Origin: the human T2T-CHM13v2.0 reference genome, Homo sapiens
Assembly: GCF_009914755.1 (NCBI RefSeq)
Contig: NC_060935.1
DNA length: 64,000 nt
Reading direction: 5' to 3' (one strand)
The notes under the pieces: model-generated
Told to the model about the DNA's origin: nothing
The model's input: only the letters and a program-made list of their open reading frames with translations
Databases searched by the model: none
Program-made: the position numbers and the translations under genes
Shown: piece after piece, positions 34,345 through 46,590 of the stretch
How positions within the stretch are numbered: position 1 is the first letter of the stretch
How the letters are laid out: the number at the start of each line of letters is the position of its first letter

Positions 34345-35329
34345 GCTTGACCAATCCCATTTTCTCACATATTTTTTATGAGAGGTGGGTGCTGAATTAT
34401 GCTAAAGACTTTTTCCGTATGTGTAGAAATAACTATGAGTTTTGTCTTTAAATCTATTCATAGTGATTTATATTGTGGGTTCCTAACATTGAACAACTTT
34501 TTATTTATGAAATAACCCAACTTGACATTGGTATATTATTATTTTTAATGTGGTTTTCAGTTTTGCTTATTATTATTGTATTCAACTTTTGTTCATTGAA
34601 GTATGGGTATCTGTAATTTTTCAGAGTCTATTTGTCAAGTTTAGATATCAACATGAAATTTTCTCCCCCAAATGAAAGTTTTTATTCAGTTTTTGTGTTC
34701 TGGAATAATTTTACAACTCTGGGACTATTTGTTCTTTAAAGATTTTATAGAATTTGCTTTTAAATCATCTTGGCATGGAGATTTCGGGAGAAGTTCTCCA
34801 ATAACATTGTCTGCTTTTTCTATCGATTTGTTTAGTTAAGCTTTCTCTTTCTAATAGTTTAAATTTGATACTGAGTTTTCAAACGATATTTAGCTAGGGA
34901 AATTTATTTTATTTAGCTTTTCATAAATGGTTGTAGAAGAACATCATAAGTTTTAAAACTCCTTCTGTTTCAATGGTCATGTACTCTTATAATTTCTTAT
35001 TTTGTGTATTTTTGGCTTTTCTCCTTTTTTCCTAAGTTAGTGAGTGATAGCTTTATTTTGTTATACTTTTTTCACAAAACAAGGTTTTACTTATTAGAGA
35101 TAGCTTTTGTGCATTTTTACTAAATAAATTTCTGCTTTTCCCTTTATCATTTCCTTGTTTTTCTCTTTTGAAAGCATTCCAGTGTTTAATAGTAAAATGA
35201 ACTCTAATACAAACTATAAAATTGACACAACTGTTTACATCTGCCCCATTTATTTTAAAATATATTTCCCTTTCTCTTTCGCTCCCTCACTTGCAAATAA
35301 CTTTGATGTGTTTGGTTATTTTAGCCTTA

Positions 35330-36450
35330 AATATCTCACTGTATATTTCCTATTATATTAACATGGATATCGTCTTACTTTTCTAGAGGAAAATTCTCAA
35401 AATTGGGAAATTTAACATTGATACGATACTATTATCCATATGTCCAATCCACAGTTTATATTCAAATATTTTCACGAATACTGGTAATGACCTTTGCAAT
35501 TTATTTTAACCCCACGCCAAAATTCAATCTAGGATTATGTATTATATATAACTGCCATGTACCTTTAATCTCCTTTGATCTGGAAAGAACCTCAGGACTT
35601 TGCATCTATTTTACATTGACATATTTGAAAAGTCCAGGCCAGTTATTTTACAGAATGTCTCTCAATTTGGGTTTGTCTCATGTTTCCACTTAATTACATT
35701 CCAGTTTTGCATTTTTTGGTAGAAATACCACAGAAATACATTTATTACACTATTGATGATGTTTGAGCATTTGGTAATAGTACTATCTGCCAGGAGTCCT
35801 TACTCTAAATTATGATTTTTCCCATTTTTATTGAAAAGTAAGTTGTCAGGAAAATTTGACTATGTAAATGTAATTATTTTTTGATACTTATGTTAACCTA
35901 CATTTAGTCATTGTGAACCCACTCAGTCTCATTCTTTTGTTATTTTGATATGTCTCCATCACTCTGAGTGCTTCCTTACTTTATTGCATAAGAAGATGCT
36001 TCAGGCTCACCTTACACACATAATTTTCACCCCAGTTTTGAAATGTGCCTTTACGCAAAGTAGTCAGAGTCAGAGTTCTTAGCAAATAACAGAGTTTAGA
36101 AACAGAACTGAGCAATACGGCATGCTCATTGATATTGGGGTTTCATCATTTTTGGGGTTTTCTCAGTAGACAGAGTGAGACAAAAACTGTATGCACACAC
36201 ATACATACTTCATATACATATATATTTACATCAATTTACATGTATATACTACATAGATATATGTTTATGTATAAATAGATATAAAATATTATGAGTTCAC
36301 ATTTATATGTGTATTATGAACCAACAATTCAGAGTACATTCTCCACTTCTTTTTTCTGATATTTGTGACTTTTCTCCAACAAGGAGAAACCTGTCTTCCA
36401 TTGTCCTCAATATAATGTCTCGTTTGTACACAAGCCATTCCCAGTGTTCT
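35330..36450 (-). mobile_element. L1MC4/5-like 3' region
   Basis: aaatttaacattgatacgatactatt; ccaggccagttattttacagaatgtctctcaatttgggtttgtct. Confidence 0.7.
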
Positions 36451-38757
36451 TCAGTCTATAAATCTGTTTCCATCATTCACACATTGCTTCAGGCTTAAGA
36501 ATTTCCATGAACATATTTTGTAGTGTTGATCTGATAGAGACTTTGTTTTGCTGTTCCATCCTTTTTTCTCTTCTGGGACTCCCACACCAAGCACTCATAC
36601 ATTTGATTAATGCCAGATATTAATCTGATAATTAATGAAGACTGAAAAATCCTAAATAGTATAAATTTTATAGAAAGCATGCAAAAAATTACAGTTTTTA
36701 TTATATCATCTCTGTAACATGATCTCTGCATGGTCATTACTACTTAAGCTTTAAAGGGGAAATCAAATGCTGTAGAATCAATCTATTGCCCAGAAGTATT
36801 TGCAAAAAACCTACATATTGGCTTTAAGTTAATTAAAACTATTATTATTTAATGCAGTTAACATTCTTGAGGGGATGAAATAATTTTATTACCAGCCTAT
36901 ATATTTCCCACTGTGCCTAGTTCAGTGAGAACCTACTCAAAAATCTTTTGCTGATTGCTTTTATGTCCCCTAATGACCTTGCCCTATCATTCTCTCTCTC
37001 CCCTGAGCCTGCTGCAGTTATATTAGACTAGCCCCAGAGAGTAGAGAAACAGTATAGTATATTGTGTATGTTCATACTGATAGCTTTTTATTAAAAATAC
37101 ATATTATACAGGCAACATTGTAATAATAAAAATGCAAGGGCAAAACTCAGAATAATCCCACCTCCTCAACAAATCAACTTTCTTATTCCTTTGTTGCTTT
37201 CCAGCCTTTATTAATGTGCTTTACAATTTTGCATACCAATAATAATAAGTAGGTTAAAATTTAATGCTCAGCATCGACTACATTTTAACAACACATATCT
37301 GAATGTCGGTTATGTGTATGACACCCAGCTACAAGTGGAGCCCTGGAAATTCATAGAGATATTGAATTTAATACACAAGTACTTTGAAATGGTTATGAAA
37401 CTAAAGATAGAAAAAACTTAAGGTAAAATGCTTTATTTTTAGGTAATGAATAATTACTCTCTTAAAATTAAAGCAGACAACACATATGTATGCATATTTT
37501 ATTTCTTCCTAAGTCTATGTGGAGAAATGCAACCTAAAATTAGAAGAGAAAATGCAGCCTAAAATTGGAAAACTTGGCTTGAAAATACTTTTAAATCTGG
37601 TAATAGCCAAGAAAGAAGTTTAAGAAATAAAATAAGATAGCAGTATGAGTTAAATATTATATGATTATTTTACTTGGTTGATGATCTTTTACTCTTTTCT
37701 CCCAAAGATGACAATTTAGATTTCAATTGCCAAATATTAAAATAAGAAGTATGGTCAAGATAAATATTATCAAAGTTCTTTTCTACTCTAACATTCTAGA
37801 TGGCACTGTATCACAGGACATAAACAATGTAGTCTAGAGAAATATATGGGTTGAATCAATTCCCAAGTCACCTAGAGTTTCATTTAGTCTTTCATCTCAT
37901 CATATAAAGCCTAAGTGTTTTTTACATGTAAAATATAATCTAATTGTTTTTACAGAAGCCGCTCATGAGGGGATAGACTACTTGCATTCCCTCTTATTAT
38001 GTAGCATAAATATTTTCTATGCTAATGTACTAGATTTGACATTGATTCTACTATGGCGTCTCTGTCATGTGCTTGTTACCTTTTTAAAATATTTAGTCAC
38101 TCCTTGCATTTTTAATGGGAAGATAATGGAATCTGAGAAGACTGGAAAACAGTGAAATTATTTCTGAAGTCTCTTACAGTTGAATATAAATATTTCCAGT
38201 TAATACAATCTATATTCTCAGGAATAAAAAATCAGCTGGATTAAATGTGACAAATGCCAAATGTTTACAAAATTGCTATGGGATAAAATTGTTTACTTGC
38301 AAATGTAGAATGCAAAATTGACACTGAAGCAAAAATTCATAGTTAAAATGTACTGAGCAAACACCATTGATCATGTACACTCTTAAGTAATTTTCATATA
38401 CAATTCCTTATACTCAAAATAGCCCTGAAAATGTTGCATTATTCTCATTTACCAGTAAAAAACAGAGGGCTAGTGTGATTTAAAAGAATTACCTCAAATT
38501 TTACACCCAGGAAGTGAGTGACAGATCTGCACTTTACACGCAGATATGTTTGAATTCAAAATTCCTATTATATTTACGCCTAGTAAAAAATTGAAACTCT
38601 TTTCTGTTATTTATTACCAATGAAGTTTATATTGGAGAAATTACCACCCAAACCTTTCCAATTAATTAGCAGATTGATTTACACACGTACATAAGCACTA
38701 ACAATTAGACTAATTTCAACCTGTTATTGAATTTAAGTCACTAACTTTCAATGACTG

Positions 38758-39157
38758 TGATATGGTTTGGCTCTGTTTCCCCACTCAAATCTCAAGTTCC
38801 ATTGTAATCCCCAGTGTAGGGGGAGGGATCTGGTGAGAGATGATTAGATCATGAGGATGGCTTCTAATGGTTTAGCACCATTCCCCTAGTGCTGTGTTGT
38901 GATTGAATTCTTAGGAGATCTGGTTATTTAAAAGTGTGTAGCACCTTGTCTTTCTCTCTTTCTTCCTCCTACTCCAGCCATGTAGGGTGTGCTGGATTTC
39001 CCTTTAACTTCCACCATGATTGTAAGTTTCCCAAGGCCTCCCCCAGCCATGCTTTCTGTACAGCCTGTATAACTGTGAGCCAATTAGATCTCTTTTCTTT
39101 GTAAATTACCCAGTCTCAGGTAGTTCTTTATAGCAATGTTGAGAATGGACTAACAGA
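38758..39157 (+). mobile_element. MSTA-type solo LTR
   Basis: tgatatggtttggctctgtttcccc...gagaatggactaacaga. 5-bp TSD GACTG (38753-38757, 39158-39162). Confidence 0.92.
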
Positions 39158-39724
39158 GACTGGAACACATTCTGCCTTCAAATGCAATATCAATGTATTT
39201 ACTCATCATTCTTGGCTTTATATCACCATGAGAATATGTTTTAGTTTATAACACATTTCAATGTAAACTGACTGGAGCTAGGTAGCAATTCTGTGACATA
39301 GACAATGTAGGGATTAGGATCATCATTTAACTTAGGAAGTAACAGTGTCTCAGAGAATCAGAATAGCGGTTAAGATGCAGGTTTTCTAGAACATAGTGCA
39401 ATTTTTAAAACTATATCACACTTATTAATATTTTTAAAACATAGGTTAAAAAATCTGGCTTACATGGAGTTTATAATCTTCTCTTCATAAAGCTATACTT
39501 TTTTTCTAGTTCTAGAAGTTTTCTACACTTTACCTTGGTGCCATAATGTTTTCCTGACCCCTGCATGTAAAGCACTGCTCCTCCACCTTCCAAGACCCTT
39601 TACCCAACCTATTTAACTTCTACTTCTCAAAGTATCTCAGCTTTTACTATACAAGATGTCAAACTTCCCTTCCCATAAATGTCTTCACAATGAAGAGAAA
39701 AAGCCTTTTGCCTAATATACTTTC

Positions 39725-40034
39725 ATTTTTTTGTTTTTCTTTTTGAGACGTAGTTTCACTCTATCACCCAAGCTGGAGTGCAGTGGCGTGACCTTGGCTC
39801 ACTGAAACCTCCATCTCCAGGGTTCAAGTGATTGTCCTGCCTCAGCCTCCTGACAGCTGCGACTACAGGCGTGTGCTACCATGCCCAGCCATTTTTTTTT
39901 TTTTTTGTATTTTTAGTAGAGATGGGGTTTTGCCACTTTGGCCAGGTTGCTCTCGAACTGCTGACCTCAGGTGATCTGCCCGCCTTGGCCTCCCAAAGTG
40001 CTGGGATTACAGGCATGAGCCACCATACCCGGCC
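39725..40034 (-). mobile_element. AluSx
   Basis: Antisense Alu. TSD cctaatatactttc at 39711-39724 and 40036-40049. Confidence 0.95.
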
Positions 40035-40049
40035 ACCTAATATACTTTC

Positions 40050-40262
40050 TAAGTACACTATCAATCTTTTGGCTTCAACAATTATCACACTTGTAATTCT
40101 ACATTTATTTGTGAAAACATTTACTTAATGTCTTCCTATTCCACCTTACTGTGATCCCTCCACTCTAATCCTTCACCCTGTTCATTTTGTATCCTCTCCA
40201 TAGCATTCGGCACTTTGCTTAGCACAGAATATATGCTCAATAAATGTTTCTGAAATTGAACT
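40050..40262 (+). mobile_element. L2 3' end
   Basis: ggcactttgcttagcacagaatatatgctcaataaatgtttctgaaattgaa is the typical L2 terminus. Confidence 0.65.
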
Positions 40263-41628
40263 GACTATAATGACTTATTTCAAAATGTGTTATAAGTAAT
40301 ATTACATGATATGCAATTAAGACTAAACCTGCATTTGCAGTTTATTTGGTAATAAGTGAGATAATAACTTCACCAGGTTTTAAATAAAGATAACAAAAGG
40401 GGAACAAGTAAATGGCTTTCAGTATAGGTTTCCATTTGGTTTTTAGGGCCACCCTCAAGGATAAGATCTGAGGCCTTTGAAGCAATAGGTTTTCTTTGCT
40501 TGGTTGGTTGGTTTCCCCTCATATCTTCATGAAACACAGAAAGATCTTTCACAAGGAGAACATAAGAATTTAGTTTCTTTTGGGGACCTTCTAGGATAAT
40601 CATATTTCAGAATGAAAGACAACAGAAAAATAAAATTAGTAAAGACTATATAGTGACATACAACAGAGGCTCAGCAGACATGGTGACAGCCCAACAGTGT
40701 CCTGGCTGGACAATAGTAGGAACTAACACCATCCAGTAGTGAATTCTTACATATGAGACAGTTTGGAGTCCCTGAGAAAGGAGAGATGATTTTCACACAA
40801 ATGAAACCCACACATTTGTAGGTAGGGGCTGTGAATAATGTTACCCACGGGGTAGTAAGGCTATTTAGATCACAAAAGAGACTTATGTTTTTGGAAAGGT
40901 AAATGAATTCAGAGTAGTTACCAATAATGAAATGAGATATGATACTTAAGAAAAGCCAGCATACATATTCTTCCTTTGCTGAAAAGAAAATTTTCACTTG
41001 ACTGGCAAGTAATGTGTGGCGAGAGCAGTAAAATCTACTGTGCTGGTGGTATTAATGACTGGGTATTAATGAGTGAATAACAACTTCTGAATTCAGAAAC
41101 ACCTGAGTTGGAATTCTGATTCCGTGTGAAGCCTTGGTTAATCTCTCAGATTCATAATTAACTAATATTTAAATTTGAGATAATGCCTTTTAACTTAACC
41201 ATGACATTAATAAATAAAATAATTTGTATCTGATATCTCAGAGTTCTGAATAGATAATCAGTACTCAGTTAATCTTTCCTTATTTCTTATTTCTCTAATC
41301 CTTGGATTTCCCAAATTGAACACTTTATGGCATTTGGATTTCTGATACTTATATTCAAATAGCTATTTTAGTTTATAATAGAACAAGATGGTTTTATGTT
41401 CACAGTTCTAAAATGGGATCACTTGTGTTGTCACATATAGCAGAATTTCTTTCTTTTTTAAAGCTAAATGATAGTACATTGTATAAACATAACACATTTT
41501 AAAATCTATTCTTCCATTGATGAACGTTTAGGTGATCTCAGTTTCTTGGCTATTGTAAATAATGCTACAAGACGTGTGAAGTGCAGATATCTCTTCAACA
41601 CACTGATTTCAATTGTTTGGATATATAC

Positions 41629-41983
41629 TGATATGGTTCAGTGGTGTCCCCACCCAAATCTCATCTTGAATTTCCACTTGTTGTGGGAGGGACCCGGTGG
41701 GAGGTAATTGAAACATGGGGCAAGTTTTTTCTGTGCTGTTCTCGTGATAGTGAATAAGTCCATGAGATCTGATAGTTTTAAAAAAAGGAGTTGCCCTGCA
41801 CAAGTTTTCTCTGTTTGCCTGCTGCCATCCATGTAAGATGTGATTTGCTCCTCCTTGACTTCCACCATGATTGTGAGACTTCCCCAGCCACATGGAACTG
41901 TAAGTCCAATTAAATCTCTTTCTTTTGTAAACTGCCCCGTCTTGGGTATGTCTTCATCAGCAGCATGAAAACAGACTAATATA
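41629..41983 (+). mobile_element. THE1B-like solo LTR
   Basis: tgatatggttcagtggtgtccccacccaaatctcatcttgaat...gaaaacagactaatata. TSD tatac/tctac. Confidence 0.92.
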
Positions 41984-42420
41984 TCTACCTGGCAATGGGA
42001 TTGCTGGGTCATACAGGTCTATTTTTAATTTTTTGTGGAACTTCTGTACTGTTTTTCATAGCGGCTACACCATTATACATTCCACCAACAGTGTGCAAGT
42101 GTTACAATTTTTCCACATCCTCACCAACACTTGTTATCTTTTGTTTTTGTTTATTTTAATAATAACCATCCTAGCAAGTGCAAGGTGATATCTCAATTGT
42201 GGTTTCGATTTTCACTTTTCTGGTGATTGGTGAAGTTAAGCATTTTGTGATGTAATTGTGGGCCATTTGTGTATCTACTTTTGAAAAATGTTGAAGTATA
42301 AAGTTTCAGTTATGCAACCTGGATAAGTTCTGCACATCTACCATACAGCATAGTGCCTATAGTTAACAATAACACATTGTATAGTTAAATATTTGTTAAG
42401 AGGGTTGATCTGAAGTTGTG

Positions 42421-45288
42421 ATTTTTTTTATTTTCAACTTTTATTTTAGATATAAGGGATTCATGAGCAGGTTTGTTTTATGAGTACACTGCATCTAGAT
42501 AGTGAGCAAAGTACCCAATAAGTCATTTTTCAACCCACAACCTCCTTCCTCCCCGAAGCAGTAGTCCACAGTGTCTATTGTTCCCATGTTTTTGTCCATG
42601 CGTACTCAGTGTTTAGCTTCCACTTATGAGTGAGAACATGTGGTATTTGGCTTTCTTTTCCTGCATTAATTCACTTAGGATTGTGGCCTCCACTTCCATC
42701 TATGTTACTGCAAAGGACATGATTTCATTCTTTTTTTATGGATGTGTAGTATTCCATAGTGTATATATATCACAATTATTTGTCCCAATACACCATTGAT
42801 GGGCAGTAACAATAGGTTACTATTGTGAATAGCACAGCAATGAACATACAAGTGCACATGCCTTTTGGTAGAATGATTTATATTCCTTTGGCCATATACC
42901 CAGTAATGAGATTGTTGAGTTGCATGGTCTTAGTTCAACTCTGTCTTAAGTTCTTTGAGAAATTTCCAAAAAGCTTTTCACAGTGACTGAACTAATTTAC
43001 ATTCCCACCAACAGTGTGTAAGCATTCCCTTTTCTCTGCAGCCTTGCTAATATCTATTGTTTTTACACTTATCAACATACACTTATTAATAATAGTCATT
43101 CATATTGGAGTGAGGTGATATCTCATTGTGGTTTTAATTTGCATTTCTCTGATGATTAGTGGTGATGAACATTTTTCATATATTTGCTGACCATGTGTAT
43201 GTCTTCTTTTGAGAGTTGTTTGTCTATGTCTTTTGCCCGCTTTTAATGGAGTTGTTTGTTATTTTTGCTTGTTAAATTATTTAAGTTCCTTACAGATTCT
43301 GGATATTAGACCTTTGTTGGATGCATAGTTTATGAATACTTTCTCCCATTCTGTAGGTTATATGTTCCTCTGTTGACAGTTTCTTTTGAGGTGTAGAAGG
43401 TCTTTAGTTTAATTAGGTCTATTAGGTCCCACTTGTCAATTTTTGTTTTGTTGCATTTGATTTTGAGGACCTAGTCATAAATAATTTCCCAAGGCCAATG
43501 TCAAGAATATTGTTTCCTAGGATTTTTTCCCAAGATTCTTAAAGTTTGAGACCATACATTTAAATCTTTTATCCACCTGGAGCTATTTTTTGTATATGGT
43601 GAAAGGTAATGGTCCAATTTCATTCTTCTGCATATGGCTAGTCAGCTCTCCCAGCCCCATTCATTGCACAGGGAGTTGTTTCTCTATTGCTTATTTGCCT
43701 CAACTTTGTGGAAGATGAGATGGCTGTAGGTGTTGGCCTTTATTTCTGGGTTCTCTATTCTGTTCCATTAATCTATGTGTTTGTTTTTCTACAAGTACCA
43801 TGATGTTTTGGTTACTGTAACCTTACAGTATTGTTAGAAGTTGGGTAATATAATGATTCTAGAGTGCCTGGGCTGATTATTTCTCATCTGAAAGGCTTGG
43901 TATTCTTTTAAATGTGGTGTAAGTTGAGTACAGTCAGTTGTCTCCATTTCTGAATATTTTCAGAGGGCCAATGCTCTGTACACAGTCTTAATTTGAGGCT
44001 GAATTCATGCCCTTGGTTTTACAATGGGGTATGTTAGCAAAGTATTTTTGATGTTGTGGTTTGGGCTGTGATCTGAATTATCAAGGATAATGGGCAGTAG
44101 ACAGGCTGTATCCTGAACAATCTAGGATAATGGGCAGTAGACAGGCTCTTACTCTTCCATGCAGCTTCTCTGTATTTCTTCATATTTGTGGCCATTCTCT
44201 GCAGTGCAAAGGAGACAGAGAGGTGACTCCCTTACCAGGTCTGCTCCTGGGCCACGGCAGAACCCCCTTTGATGAATAGCACTGTACTCACATTTCTTTT
44301 GTTAGATGTTGTGAGCTATGGGGCTTCCTTGGGAAGTAGATGGGGCAGGGAGATAGACCACACCTTTTCTGGGCCAGCCCTGTGGAGAGAGGCATGGCCC
44401 AGGCCCACAGCAGCCCATGAAGCCATGCAACTTACTCCCCTCAGTCCTCTGAGAGGGTGGACTTTCCTACTAGAGTACAAGCCTCAGGTTTTGGCTCAGC
44501 ATTCCCAAGCTGCACACCACAGCCAAGGGGCACCTGGATCAGCTAGTGGCTTTATCCTCTGGACTTCCAAAGTTGGGTTCTGGGTGCACTGAGGGATTTG
44601 AAATGGTGCTCCCAGGCTGCTGGGAACATACTCTGGAGGAGCAGAACACGTAGGCTGGGCACCAGAGGCTACTCTGTGCACACACTCTTGTGACGTGAAC
44701 AGGCAAAGGCCTGGGAAGAGCTGACAGGGAGGAGAGCCTGAGGAAGACGTGTTCCCCAGCCCCCATAGAGGGGAAGCCAGTCCTGACTTCCTGCTGACTC
44801 AGTGGTCAGCTGGGGCTAGAGCTTCTTGGAGGGAGATGGTGGGTCTTGGGAGATGGGAACCTATGACCATAATTTGCAGGAGCTGCGCCATGCACAAAGG
44901 CCTCTAGCTCCATGCCAGCTGAAGCTCTGTCTCTGTCTACTCTCTGGGTATATCCTCCCGTGAGTTAAAGCTTTCATGGGAGCTGTGGGGCCCCCATTAG
45001 CTAGGATCTTAGAGGTCCATGGCAAGAGTAGGTGGCCTGATAGTCCCTTTCACTTACCCCTACCCCAGGAGCTGTTCAAGACAAGGAAGTAGCCCTGGCA
45101 TTCAGGTACCCTGCATAGGGTCCTCAGCCTCTACCCTCCTCAGCCTCAGCATCTGTATCACATTTCCATCCACTTTCAGGTGATTTCTCTCCAAAGATCT
45201 CTTGAACTTACGTTAGTTTACTCAAACACTTGGCTTCTATTGGTGTGAATGGTGCTTCCTGGCTGCATCTAGTCAGCCTCCTTCCCCC
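42421..45288 (-). mobile_element. L1PA15/16-like element retaining both ends with a large internal deletion
   Basis: 3' end ttttcaacttttattttag at 42431; ORF2 3' part to ~43862; then GC-richer 5'UTR/ORF1 start ending ggctgcatctagtcagcctccttcccc. Confidence 0.75.
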
Positions 45289-46089
45289 TGTTAAGTGTTC
45301 CTAAACACACAAAAGAAGGAGGCAGGAGGAAACTTTGGAGGTGATGAATATATTTATTACCTTGATTGTGGCTATGGTTTCATAGGTGTATGCATTTGTT
45401 CAAATTCACCAAATTGTACCCATTAGATATGTTCAGTATTTTGTGTAACGATTACTGCAATAAAGCTGTTAAAGATATGTTCATAAATACAAACTCAAAT
45501 ATCTCATTAAGAAAATATTTTATTTTCCTTCTACTTATATAATATTTTCAAACACATGATGACTTATTTCATTAACATTCATATACACTTCTGAATTCCA
45601 TCTAATTTAACCTAAAATTCTGGTTAAATATACTTTTCTGTATGACCAAGAAAAGGCAAATTATTGATAAGTGCTGAAATACTGCATGCTGTTTCTGGAT
45701 TGCCTAGAAAACAGAAGCAGTTCTGAGATTTTCATAGTTGACAAGACCTGAAGAGCTGAAAACTCAGATGAATAACTAAAATAAATTTTAGACAATAACG
45801 GTATTATAAAACCAAGTCAAAGTATTTCTTTCGGAGCTTAGTGTAAAATAAAAATATAAATCAACTAGGAAAACAAAGAAAATAAGATAAAATATTAAAA
45901 AGCAAACTTTGTATTCATTCTGGTTGGTTGCTTGGTTTCCTTGATTATAAAAAAACTATATTGGTGAATAGGCAATGTAGATTTATAAGTGTTTGATGCT
46001 CTACATTTTAAAATTTGGATAGTTTGAGACAAGTACTAGTAAGTTTCACACAAATGCAAGATTTAACCTAAATATGTTCCCTTGAATAG

Positions 46090-46220
46090 AATGAGTCTAT
46101 AACTTAATATCCAAGCGAGATGTTTCTCAGAGTGAAAGGTGATTCTGTTAGAAATCATTCTGTGATAATCAGTGCATACTAGGCCAGCCCTTGGCAAACC
46201 ATAACATATACTCTGCCTGG
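46090..46220. mobile_element. MER94-like hAT MITE
   Basis: tatccaagcgagatgtttctcagagtgaaaggtg...ttggcaaaccataacatat resembles the recalled MER94 consensus. Confidence 0.5.
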
Positions 46221-46389
46221 TTTAAATTCTAATAAGAGTAACAACTGTAACTGTTACTTACCAAAAAATACTGCATGAATTGCACGGGGTACCATATCCA
46301 TACTGGATTGTATTCCATATGTCACTACTCACATAACATTCAATGTAAATTCTGTACCCTAGATTTATGGACTGGATCCTTACATCTAG

Positions 46390-46590
46390 TTTAGCACTTA
46401 TAAAAGTCTCCACATAGTTTAAATTATTTATTCTTCATAACAATTCTGAGATAGTTCTTATTATACTCACTTTACAGGTGAAAAAAATAGATAAACATCT
46501 TTAATTAATCTTTCCGTAATCTCTCAGCATGCAACTGGTTTGAGTACAAAAAAAACTTTCCCGCTGTTCCATACTTTAACCATTACACTA
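46390..46590. mobile_element. MIR
   Basis: ttattcttcataacaattctgagatagttcttattatactcactttacaggtgaaaaa. Confidence 0.65.

Larger units (their letters stand above)
41425..45473 (+). mobile_element. L1MA8/9-like element with 5' inversion (antisense 41425-42290; sense 42294-42418 and 45290-45473), split by THE1B and an L1PA15/16
   Basis: Sense 3'UTR tataaagtttcagttatgc...gagggttgatct resumes as ttaagtgttcc...ggaaactttggaggtgatg...caataaagctgttaaa. Antisense L1 upstream. Confidence 0.7.
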
